Source of the DNA: a virus
Taxonomy: Duplodnaviria; Caudoviricetes
IMG/VR virus record: IMGVR_UViG_3300009435_000016
Location: 1 to 43,280 of that record
Length of the DNA stretch: 43,280 nucleotides
Direction: 5' to 3' (one strand)
Every line of letters begins with the position of its first letter. The first letter of the stretch is position 1. The translations under genes were made by a program, and so were the position numbers. Below the pieces are notes generated by a model that did no database searches, had not been told where the DNA came from, and was given only the letters and a program-made list of their open reading frames with translations. This document shows positions 26,557 to 34,574 of this stretch, one piece after another.

Positions 26557-26889
26557 TTACTTTGCGGGGTACTCAAATTCGTAACCCTGATGACAGCTAT
26601 CGATGCTGCTGAAAGTTATCGACCAGGTATTGTCGTGTCGTTGGAATCGGTATGCTCCAGGGTGACCAGTGATCTTGAAGGGGTGGTCTTCAGGCGCGAC
26701 AACCTCCTTAGTATCCTCACTATCAGGTACGAGGGTAGTAGCGATAGAGAGACTGCAAACACCATCTCTAGCATAGTGCTTAGCTGCAGTAGTATAGAGC
26801 CAACCATTGGGTACCTTCATGCGGATGACGCTTAGGTTTCGGTTTTCCAGGATAGTTTCAGTAGTATGTAGCGGAGTAATATCACTCAT
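26557..26889 (-). CDS. hypothetical phage protein
   Basis: RMKVPNGWLY...TTLVP motif; sits between two modules. Confidence 0.7.
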   Translation of the reverse strand: MSDITPLHTTETILENRNLSVIRMKVPNGWLYTTAAKHYARDGVCSLSIATTLVPDSEDTKEVVAPEDHPFKITGHPGAYRFQRHDNTWSITFSSIDSCHQGYEFEYPAK

Positions 26890-26960
26890 GTCTTTCTCTC
26901 TTCTGGTGGCGGAATGCCATAAAAAAGAGGGACCCTAAGGCCCCTCAGTATCATGATTAG

Positions 26961-27290
26961 TTATCCTTTGTAGTTGAGGAAGAGAGTGTAGCCGTTGTTG
27001 AATGCGAACTCAGTTTCACCACTATGGGGATGAAACTCTTGAATGAAGAATTTGCACTCTTTGACATGAGCGACTAGTAGTTTTGCGAACGACTCTCTGT
27101 CCGCATATTTCATTACCAGGTTATAGGTATAGAGATCATCACTGTTATCAGCGAAGTAGACGATGTTACCATCTCCTGGAGAGATACTATGGACGTGGCA
27201 GCTGTCATGCATGTGACAAGCCCCAATAGGGCTACATGGTTCATTCTTCTTCTCTTCGAGCATGATGGTCATTCGTTGAGCGTCAGTCAT
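26961..27290 (-). CDS. hypothetical protein
   Basis: 109 aa, AAGGA RBS. Confidence 0.7.
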   Translation of the reverse strand: MTDAQRMTIMLEEKKNEPCSPIGACHMHDSCHVHSISPGDGNIVYFADNSDDLYTYNLVMKYADRESFAKLLVAHVKECKFFIQEFHPHSGETEFAFNNGYTLFLNYKG

Positions 27291-27475
27291 GGTTTATCCT
27301 TGCTATCTGGTCGATAGCTGTTGTGTCGTTACAGAGTCTAAGATTAGTAGCGGAGTGCCACCATCAAATAAAAAGAGGTACCCGGTATGTCGTTGATCGT
27401 ATATAGTCAATAACAATCAGTACAAACAGCTAGTACAATAAAAAGGGTGAGGCCCTAAGGCCCCACCCACACTAT

Positions 27476-28225
27476 CTAGTTCATGCAGTTCGCAATTAGC
27501 TTATTCTGCTCTGCGTATCCAGTTGCCCAGTCGTTGGCAGCTTTCTTGGTATTGCGACTCGCAAGGATGAGAGTTCCACCCTTGTTGTCGACGAGGACGA
27601 TATCGTATCCACTGTTCATGGACACGGTCACGCGCACAGTAGCCCTGGCTGTGATCTTGATACCGTAGACTAGTCCATCGTGGCCACTCTTCTTGGGCGT
27701 CACAGTGAACTGGTTGCCTGCATTGGCTACGGTAGCCACCTGAGTAAGCAGCTCACTCCACTTGGCACCACCATTCTTGGTGTTGGTGAACGTACGGCCA
27801 CCAACCCACTGACGGCAGCGCACATTGTCTAGTACCTGGCTAGGGATAGTACCCTTGATTCCCAGATGTTGTAGTAGAGGGATGAAACCCCACTTGGGTT
27901 GTGTAGCCACGGTTTCTTCCTTGGGTTGAGGTTGAGGGGTTGTTGCGATCACTTCCTTCTCCTTCTTGTTCTCAGCGTGGATGTAGTTGGCCAACGTGGT
28001 GTTGAACGCAGCCAGCTTCTTGAGGTAGGACGCACTTGCCTTGCCCATCAGGACTTGGTGAGTGCCTTCGAGTTCATACAGTTGATTCTGCACGACATCG
28101 ATCTTGTCTGCGCTCTTGATGTTGTCCAGAAGGAACAACACGTTCTTCTTTACAGTGTTGTCGAGGCTCCGTGCGTTGGTGGTGGTGGTGGTGAACGCTG
28201 CGACTGCTTCTTGTACTAGGGTCAT
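27476..28225 (-). CDS. hypothetical protein (helical N-domain, linker, basic C-domain)
   Basis: 249 aa, GGAG RBS, bounded by modules. Confidence 0.8.
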   Translation of the reverse strand: MTLVQEAVAAFTTTTTNARSLDNTVKKNVLFLLDNIKSADKIDVVQNQLYELEGTHQVLMGKASASYLKKLAAFNTTLANYIHAENKKEKEVIATTPQPQPKEETVATQPKWGFIPLLQHLGIKGTIPSQVLDNVRCRQWVGGRTFTNTKNGGAKWSELLTQVATVANAGNQFTVTPKKSGHDGLVYGIKITARATVRVTVSMNSGYDIVLVDNKGGTLILASRNTKKAANDWATGYAEQNKLIANCMN

Positions 28226-28289
28226 AATGACTCCGGTCTAATGGCGGTATTGCCATTAAAAAAAGGGAGACCCGAAGGTCTCCCACGCA

Positions 28290-28481
28290 CTACTTGAACA
28301 AGCTCAGCTGTTCAGATTGTGCCTTGGCTTTAGCTGCCTCTTTGCGACGCACCTCTGCCCTCAACAGACTAGCATGACAACTGCTGTGTACGTACCCCTT
28401 GGTATCATGCTTTTGAACACGATTACCAGGTGAGATAGGAATCCAGCATGCGTTGCATGTGCTAGAGTATTGCGCTTTCAT
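28290..28481 (-). CDS. small Zn-finger protein
   Basis: AQY..TCNAC..I.PG......YVHSSC. Confidence 0.7.
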   Translation of the reverse strand: MKAQYSSTCNACWIPISPGNRVQKHDTKGYVHSSCHASLLRAEVRRKEAAKAKAQSEQLSLFK

Positions 28482-28747
28482 TATTTCTCCTCTGCAATGT
28501 AGTTAAGGTGCTGCTCCATGCACCACACCATATTGCTGTTGATTTCGCTGATGTTGCTATCCTTGGTCATGTTGACAGTACATGCTTCGCCAAGCAAGTA
28601 GATCACCTCGGTAGTATCTGGTTTGTTGTAGATACCGTTGTTGGCATTGAGGTACCCGATGGTGTACTTGCCCACTGGGTAGAAGAGGCAAGTGATGAGT
28701 ACTGCTGCGGCAAAGGTGCTAGCGATTTCGGTGATGAGATTCTTCAT
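28481..28747 (-). CDS. small membrane-anchored protein
   Basis: N-terminal TM; AAGGA RBS. Confidence 0.7.
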   Translation of the reverse strand: MKNLITEIASTFAAAVLITCLFYPVGKYTIGYLNANNGIYNKPDTTEVIYLLGEACTVNMTKDSNISEINSNMVWCMEQHLNYIAEEK

Positions 28748-28815
28748 GAGAATTTCCTTGGTGTTGATGGCGTAAGTGCCATTAAAAAAAGGGGTAGCCT
28801 TAGCTACCCCTTTGC

Positions 28816-29061
28816 TTATCTCTTAACTAGATTCAGCATCACTCCATTTGTCCAGAATTCGAAGACACCATCGCCAACCTCGTATAAGATTGAGTTGTGT
28901 CTAACCTTAATCGAAACGCAGCCTGTGTTATGGCGTGTGATTTGAATCTTGTCGCGATCAAGGACATCCCCGATGAAGATCCCGTTGGTGGTCATCGAGA
29001 CCTCCGACGAGGTTTTGATTTTCTGGGTAATGGTTTGCCTAAGCTTCTTGGGCATTTTCAT
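28816..29061 (-). CDS. hypothetical protein
   Basis: Start moved to MKMPKK; the track extension reads through the repeat module. Confidence 0.65.
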   Translation of the reverse strand: MKMPKKLRQTITQKIKTSSEVSMTTNGIFIGDVLDRDKIQITRHNTGCVSIKVRHNSILYEVGDGVFEFWTNGVMLNLVKR

Positions 29062-29136
29062 GTCGTGCTCTCTCGTGTTGATGGCTTGATTGCCATTAAA
29101 AAAAGAGGGAATGCATATTGCACCCCCTCTACTCAC

Positions 29137-29448
29137 TTAGAACAGTAGAGCCTCATTCGTTGCTGGGCAGATGATGGAGAAGCCCGTCTCTTGATGAAAC
29201 TCCTCACATTCTTCACAGTACGTACCAATGTCTCTTACGATACTATCGGTCTCCATATCGAGCTGGATGGCTGAGATGTCGCGATTGATAGCAGCGAGGC
29301 GTTCATTCCTTGCTACCCTGAACTGGCTAGACAGCCAGCTACCATCAAACATTCTCTCTGCGCTCTGAATGGTATCGAGACACCTGTTGCGCTCAGCCAA
29401 GAGCTGATTGTATTGCCAGGTGAGGTCGGTAGTGCGTGCGTCGGTCAT
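29137..29448 (-). CDS. hypothetical protein, coiled coil plus CxxC
   Basis: 103 aa between two modules; AGGA RBS. Confidence 0.7.
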   Translation of the reverse strand: MTDARTTDLTWQYNQLLAERNRCLDTIQSAERMFDGSWLSSQFRVARNERLAAINRDISAIQLDMETDSIVRDIGTYCEECEEFHQETGFSIICPATNEALLF

Positions 29449-29521
29449 GGTGTTGTCCTGTCTAATGGCTTGATTGCCATTAAAAAAGAGGTATCCACCC
29501 CGAAGGGCAGATACCTATATA

Positions 29522-29872
29522 CTAACTCGCTAACCTCAGTTCCCCGAAGAGTGGGGTAGGTGTCTCTACTTCTTCCGGCAAAGTTTCTCCATCATCTGGA
29601 TCATCATCACCATTGTCGTCATCATCAGCTGGGATGTAGTCCGTCCAGTCGTATGAGTAGAGTGATACTTGAAGTCTCGCTGTCGCACTTAGCTTAGCTA
29701 CCCAAGCCTCCATGTCGCTACTGTCCATAGCGATATGTAGCGTTTCATCTTCTTGAATAATTGCGGTTACCTCACGCAGTGTCCAGACAAGTGACGCGCC
29801 ATATAGGCTAGCCAGTATGTTAGTCCATGCGTTGGGGTGCATAGTAAAACCAGTTTGCTGTTGGCCGATCAT
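29522..29872 (-). CDS. hypothetical acidic protein
   Basis: Asp-rich tail; between two modules. Confidence 0.7.
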   Translation of the reverse strand: MIGQQQTGFTMHPNAWTNILASLYGASLVWTLREVTAIIQEDETLHIAMDSSDMEAWVAKLSATARLQVSLYSYDWTDYIPADDDDNGDDDPDDGETLPEEVETPTPLFGELRLAS

Positions 29873-29938
29873 TAATTACTCCTTAGTTGGTGTCATTAAA
29901 AAAGGTTGCCCACCCCGAAGGGCAGACAACCACACTAA

Positions 29939-30250
29939 CTATGCTTGAGTATCAGCTTTGGAGAGATCAACCTTCACTGAGCCGAGACCTTTACCCTTGG
30001 CAACAGCACTGGCAGCAGCACCGTTGATGAGAGTGATAGTATTGTTCAACTTGTTAACCATTCCATTGTATACATCAGGACTAAGCACACCCAGGATAAC
30101 TGCGAACACGGGGAACAGCAGTGCGATTTGGATGACGAAGTAGAGTGCGATATCAAGCAGGCCCAGCTTCCAGATGAGGAAACCAATGAATCCAGCGCTG
30201 AATGCAGACATGGCGACGAACAAGACGGTTTGTTGGGTGATGCGTGTCAT
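29939..30250 (-). CDS. 2-TM membrane protein
   Basis: Two hydrophobic helices; AGGAG RBS. Confidence 0.75.
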   Translation of the reverse strand: MTRITQQTVLFVAMSAFSAGFIGFLIWKLGLLDIALYFVIQIALLFPVFAVILGVLSPDVYNGMVNKLNNTITLINGAAASAVAKGKGLGSVKVDLSKADTQA

Positions 30251-30323
30251 AATAATGTACTCCTAGTACATGGCTTGATTGCCATTAAAAAAGAGGGAGC
30301 CCGAAGGCCCCCTGCTGCTACTC

Positions 30324-30437
30324 TCAATCAGTAGGTTTGTGCTCTGGCCAATCAGCCGGATTGTACTCCGGTTGTTGACGACAACGCCAAGCGCTACTGA
30401 TGACTGCACAGATGAGGTATAAGATGATGAATGTCAT
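30324..30437 (-). CDS. small membrane peptide (37 aa)
   Basis: MTFIILYLICAVISSAWRCRQQPEYNPADWPEHKPTD; ATGA overlap. Confidence 0.55.
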   Translation of the reverse strand: MTFIILYLICAVISSAWRCRQQPEYNPADWPEHKPTD

Positions 30438-30532
30438 GAGAGGCTCCAGAGGAAGTGAACCCATAGGCCCACGAGTGTGATAGTGCCTGCGATTGCAAAC
30501 ACGTTAGTTGCGATTGCTTCAAGTCGGCTCAT
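30434..30532 (-). CDS. small membrane peptide (32 aa)
   Basis: MSRLEAIATNVFAIAGTITLVGLWVHFLWSLS; ATGA overlaps on both sides. Confidence 0.6.
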   Translation of the reverse strand: MSRLEAIATNVFAIAGTITLVGLWVHFLWSLS

Positions 30533-30594
30533 GCTACTACCATCAACGTAAGTGTGATGACGCAGTGTAGGATGACCAGGTATCGAGCGTTCAT
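30529..30594 (-). CDS. small membrane peptide (21 aa)
   Basis: MNARYLVILHCVITLTLMVVA; AAGGAG RBS after module. Confidence 0.6.
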   Translation of the reverse strand: MNARYLVILHCVITLTLMVVA

Positions 30595-30660
30595 AGTAAC
30601 TCCTTAGTTAGTGTCGTAAAAAAGAGGTGACCTACCCCTAAGGGTAAGCCACCTAACTAG

Positions 30661-31170
30661 CTAAGCTACACGCATGTAACTGTTGAACGTGATGGGTGCG
30701 TACTTCGCAGCATCGATACGATCCCAGAGGTTATCAAGCTCAAGGTCTTCCAGGTTGATCTCTTCCGTAACGACTTCGCTATCCCAACGTGCAGGGATGA
30801 CAGGTGCGTTAAGCGCATCTACTTCTTCCTGGCTAGGGAGAGCAGCGATATCGGCTGGTACCACGAAGAACATGGTAGCGCCTCTCAACTTAGCTTCGTA
30901 GCGAGCAAGGGCGTTGGCGAACATACTGACAGGTGCAGCAGTTTCTTCTCCTAGTTCACTACCGAAGAATTGTGCTTCTTCTTGTGCTGTGGTCAGTACG
31001 GCGAGATTGTGGTAGTCGAGACCGAAGTCCCAACTCATGATTGCAGGCAGTGCTACCAGGAGGGTAGTCATCATGGTGGCCCAGACGCCTACCATGGTGG
31101 TAAGGCCGTGACCGTTGACGAGGGAGATTGCTTCGACGAGAACTTGAACGTTGTCCATTGTGGACTCCAT
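30661..31170 (-). CDS. acidic membrane-anchored hypothetical protein
   Basis: One TM, Glu/Asp-rich; start 31170 or 31158. Confidence 0.7.
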   Translation of the reverse strand: MESTMDNVQVLVEAISLVNGHGLTTMVGVWATMMTTLLVALPAIMSWDFGLDYHNLAVLTTAQEEAQFFGSELGEETAAPVSMFANALARYEAKLRGATMFFVVPADIAALPSQEEVDALNAPVIPARWDSEVVTEEINLEDLELDNLWDRIDAAKYAPITFNSYMRVA

Positions 31171-32010
31171 ATCTAGTGTGTTGACTGGTACTGTTGTCTA
31201 TCGAGTGTGGGCCTTGCTATACAGTGAGTTTGCCCACTCACACTGTGTATAGGTACGTATAGTACGTTACCGTATACGGCTGTTCCCTATGATAGGGGGT
31301 GTAGATAGGCTGGGACAGGGTATTCCCCTGCTGTAGCACCTATGACTACGTTTACTACATACGCTTGTTTTTACCGACATGAGCGCTGTCCAGGACTGGG
31401 TACCTGGCACGTCAGACTTGCACCCACTCACTCGTTGCTATGCCCCTATAGAGCATGCGCATACGGTGAACTTGTTGTGCTACAGGATTCGGACCTGCTC
31501 TCTAATATGGCTCTTGTACCATATAGGTATGTGCTTTCACCCCACATACTAGGCGGTTCATTTACGGGTTGAACTCTAACCCACTGGTACTACCCCCAGC
31601 TAGACGCCCCCCATGACAGTGGTATGCATACAGGTGGTAGAGTACGTGTGCCTACAGGCATGATGATGTGCGTGTGCATGGGCGCTACCCACATGCTAGG
31701 TATCCATGGTATGGGCGTCACCCACATACCTACCTACGTACATCATTGTACTACTACCCCTATACACTCAAGGGGCTATACATACGGGGTCTCACCGTAT
31801 GGCCTATATAGCCATGGCGTATGTGCACCCATGCTTGGTACATGAGTGGGTATACGCCCTCTATATAGGTCTTGTTATATCAGGGTCTTTAAACCTACTA
31901 CTACTACATGATGGGCTTATTGGTATGCCTTCTCATGTAGTGCGTGTCATTAAAAAAAGAGAGAGCATGTGCTCTCCCCTATGTGTATGCGTATATGCAC
32001 TAGCCCTATG

Positions 32011-32142
32011 CTAGTACACGTATACATGCACATCCCTCACTATGCCCACCATGTGTGTGCTACCCCATATAGCATGTTCCCATGTCATAGGCTGTGTACA
32101 CACGTACTCTCCACTCATGGTGGTGTATGCGATAACGTACAT
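32011..32142 (-). CDS. small hypothetical peptide (43 aa)
   Basis: MYVIAYTTMSGEYVCTQPMTWEHAIWGSTHMVGIVRDVHVYVY; AAGGGA RBS after module. Confidence 0.5.
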   Translation of the reverse strand: MYVIAYTTMSGEYVCTQPMTWEHAIWGSTHMVGIVRDVHVYVY

Positions 32143-32226
32143 TGTATGTCCCTTGTCCTTGGTATACATCAGCGCATACCATTAAAAAAGAAGGACACAT
32201 ACTATGTGTATGTATCCCTCATGTGC

Positions 32227-32349
32227 TTAGCAGAGCGTCATCCAGCCTACTGGTATGATGCCCACGTACACAGTGTATTCCTCAATGGTAAGACCACTCA
32301 TGATGAAATGTTCATTAGTAGCGATGTTGACGTATGTAATGCTGAACAT
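32227..32349 (-). CDS. small hypothetical peptide (40 aa)
   Basis: MFSITYVNIATNEHFIMSGLTIEEYTVYVGIIPVGWMTLC; AAGGAG RBS. Confidence 0.55.
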   Translation of the reverse strand: MFSITYVNIATNEHFIMSGLTIEEYTVYVGIIPVGWMTLC

Positions 32350-32399
32350 AGGTATCTCCTTCAATGTTTTACCGGGGTGGGCGCCGAAGTGCACCTCCC

Positions 32400-32560
32400 C
32401 TAGGTATTTATCTCATACAATACCAGGTACTCACTCACACTATATATTTCTGAGCTTTCGCGTTTAACAAATTTTCTAAAAATATTTTCCAATCTCACAA
32501 CAGAGCATACCGGGGCTTCCCCCTCCGCTTTTCCAAAATTTTGAAATTAATAAAACGTGG
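32400..32560. promoter_or_regulatory. AT-rich divergence point between the minus- and plus-strand gene blocks
   Basis: A/T tracts at 32463-32495 and 32528-32556; gene orientation flips here. Confidence 0.5.
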
Positions 32561-32974
32561 GTGACTACCAATGGGGTCGGGTGGTGCTTATACTTGTGTA
32601 GGAGGTCCTTATTGTATTACTTACTCTCGAATGACACTGTAGTTGCCCAGGTGCCAATGGTAGGCTTAGCGGGCCGCAACTCTAGCGGAGATTGGACTCG
32701 ACTTACCCTAGAAGCGCTCAATGACTCTGGTCTGGTCTCGGATGATTTTGTTGGACCTATTACTGCTCTCGTCGGAGATGCGGGTATCGGAGGTTCTGAT
32801 TATAACAAATTCTTCATAAACTTATTCGGCCTTGCGTGTGAGATGGGCAAGGGAGCCTCGGATAGCACTCACACGCAGATGGTTTACGAGGACTTGCAGG
32901 GACTTCAGCAGGGCCCAAGCGTAGATCACACACTCGGCATGCGCGCGGTTCGCAAACAATTGGGGGTTTCTTAA
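32561..32974 (+). CDS. hypothetical protein
   Basis: TAATG coupling to next gene; true start probably downstream of the track start. Confidence 0.55.
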   Translation: MTTNGVGWCLYLCRRSLLYYLLSNDTVVAQVPMVGLAGRNSSGDWTRLTLEALNDSGLVSDDFVGPITALVGDAGIGGSDYNKFFINLFGLACEMGKGASDSTHTQMVYEDLQGLQQGPSVDHTLGMRAVRKQLGVS

Positions 32975-33432
32975 TGTTCTATATACTTGACAGCAGCAAC
33001 GGTCTTATCGGCACTTGTGAGGGTTTCTCCTACAGTATCCAGCGGGAGAAGATGCCTGTGTACGTAATGGGCTGCGCCAACCCTCTATCGTTCAGCCGAG
33101 GCAAAACCGGCACTGCCGTATCTCTTAGGGGTGCTTGGGTGGCTGACGACTTCATGCCTGAGTGCGAGGACCTCATCGTAGTGGGTACCAGCGGCCCAGA
33201 CCGGACCCCTCTCGTCTTCTTCTTTAATGGTACAGCCTTTGGCGTACAGAGCAGCAATAGCCCCGTAAACCCAGCCCTAGAGGACATCACCATGGGGGCA
33301 GACGCCCTCGTCTTCGGCGACGCGCAAGATTTTAATTGTGCTATGACGTTAGTTAACCACTACATACGCATAGAGCTACGGGAAGCAGATCAGTGTATTG
33401 CTGAGATGGAGGCAAGTTTTGCAGACCAGTAA
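32974..33432 (+). CDS. protein with tail-tube-like motif
   Basis: FSYSIQREKMPVYVMGCANPLSFSRGKTG, recalled from virion structural proteins of large myoviruses. Confidence 0.55.
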   Translation: MFYILDSSNGLIGTCEGFSYSIQREKMPVYVMGCANPLSFSRGKTGTAVSLRGAWVADDFMPECEDLIVVGTSGPDRTPLVFFFNGTAFGVQSSNSPVNPALEDITMGADALVFGDAQDFNCAMTLVNHYIRIELREADQCIAEMEASFADQ

Positions 33433-33841
33433 CGCAACGGACTGGGGCCAGCACTGGTATTGGATCTACTCCCGCGAGGGCGAGTTGGTTGGTAGTTATC
33501 GAGGTTGGTGGCCACAGAGTGTTAGGGTCAAAGCCCCCATCTATTACATGGGTAAAGTACCGGATGGTGGCTTTCGTAAGCATAGACACGAGCTACTGTT
33601 GTTGGACTTCGAACCCCTTGAGCCGGGTAACCGCGACTTGGTCGGTGCTTACCTGGTTGACTGTGCTTACAAGGCTGTTTGCGAACTTCCCTCCGGCAGG
33701 CTTTGTAAGCTCTATGGTGGCGAGTACGAAGGCAGCTGGGTTCTAGACCCTTTTGACGAGCACCTTCGTCTGAATTGGATTGACCCTGAGCCTGTCTGGT
33801 CTCTCTTTAAACACAAGCTTAGGAAACACTACAATGAATGA
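33398..33841 (+). CDS. hypothetical protein
   Basis: 147 aa, Trp/Tyr-rich, overlapping neighbours. Confidence 0.6.
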   Translation: MLRWRQVLQTSNATDWGQHWYWIYSREGELVGSYRGWWPQSVRVKAPIYYMGKVPDGGFRKHRHELLLLDFEPLEPGNRDLVGAYLVDCAYKAVCELPSGRLCKLYGGEYEGSWVLDPFDEHLRLNWIDPEPVWSLFKHKLRKHYNE

Positions 33842-34037
33842 AGCATCATCAGAAGGCATCTCTTCTATTCTTGAACAGTGGCGAGGTCGTCAAATCGTAG
33901 GTATCTTGGATTCTCTTAACGGAGATAGTCCTGCAGATATTACAGCTGCCCTCGGCAGTCTTACAGACTTGATCAATAGTACTGGATGGGAAGATGGAGA
34001 TAGTATTCTCGATCTCGATATCCCTTGGGGTGATTAA
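33834..34037 (+). CDS. small acidic protein
   Basis: Start moved to MNEASS; ILEQWRGRQI resembles IISRWQSRQV of the next gene. Confidence 0.6.
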   Translation: MNEASSEGISSILEQWRGRQIVGILDSLNGDSPADITAALGSLTDLINSTGWEDGDSILDLDIPWGD

Positions 34038-34237
34038 TGAAAATGGATAATATTATCAGTCGCTGGCAGAGCCGTCAGGTTAAATCCATGTTAGAGGCTC
34101 TCGGTGATTGGTGTGAAGAGCATAATAATTCGCGCACATATCCCAGTGACCCAGAATTCACACCAATAGCGCTAGAAGAACTTTCAGATTGGGATCTGAC
34201 TGATCTGTTCCATTATCTAAGAGGCGACAATGAATAA
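34037..34237 (+). CDS. small acidic protein
   Basis: TAATG coupling. Confidence 0.6.
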   Translation: MKMDNIISRWQSRQVKSMLEALGDWCEEHNNSRTYPSDPEFTPIALEELSDWDLTDLFHYLRGDNE

Positions 34238-34556
34238 CAGGGATCTATACAAACTTAGTGACAAGCTCAACTTAGTAGTGAATCAGGCGAAACATCTACT
34301 TCAAGCTCACGCTACCCGGTACAAACACTTTGTAGACAGTGGCGAACGTGGCTTCGAATGCGTGTACGCAAAGCAGACCAGTATCCGCTTCCACGATGAT
34401 GGAGGTAAGGAAGAAGTAATTGAAGCACTAGAAGATATAGCAGAAGCCTTAGAGTCAGTACGTCAACAACTAGATGGACTAACTGCTAGCGGTAAGCTAG
34501 ACGAGGTACCGGGCTGGCTACAGGAAATGCGATTCCAAGACCAGGGTGTGGTATAA
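34230..34556 (+). CDS. hypothetical coiled-coil protein
   Basis: 108 aa, GAGG RBS. Confidence 0.65.
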   Translation: MNNRDLYKLSDKLNLVVNQAKHLLQAHATRYKHFVDSGERGFECVYAKQTSIRFHDDGGKEEVIEALEDIAEALESVRQQLDGLTASGKLDEVPGWLQEMRFQDQGVV

Positions 34557-34574
34557 TACGCTTTTGGAGGCCAT

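Larger units (their letters stand above)
22344..32218 (-). repeat. dispersed two-hairpin intergenic module (about 15 copies)
   Basis: Plus-strand consensus TGGC-N5-6-GCCAT-TAAAAAA(A)G-[GC hairpin] near 22344, 24945, 26047, 26495, 26907, 27350/27437, 28239, 28767, 29081, 29463, 29890, 30270, 30610, 31945, 32161. Confidence 0.9.

Noticed and set aside
22344-32218. CRISPR array or classical integron reading of the repeats
   Set aside because: Spacing is gene-sized and irregular, repeats vary, no attC RYYYAAC/GTTRRRY boxes, and no cas or integrase gene in the window
31342-32467. Plus-strand ORFs rich in Met/Cys/His/Tyr/Val
   Set aside because: By-product of AA/TT depletion and alternating composition; no RBS and they cross minus-strand modules
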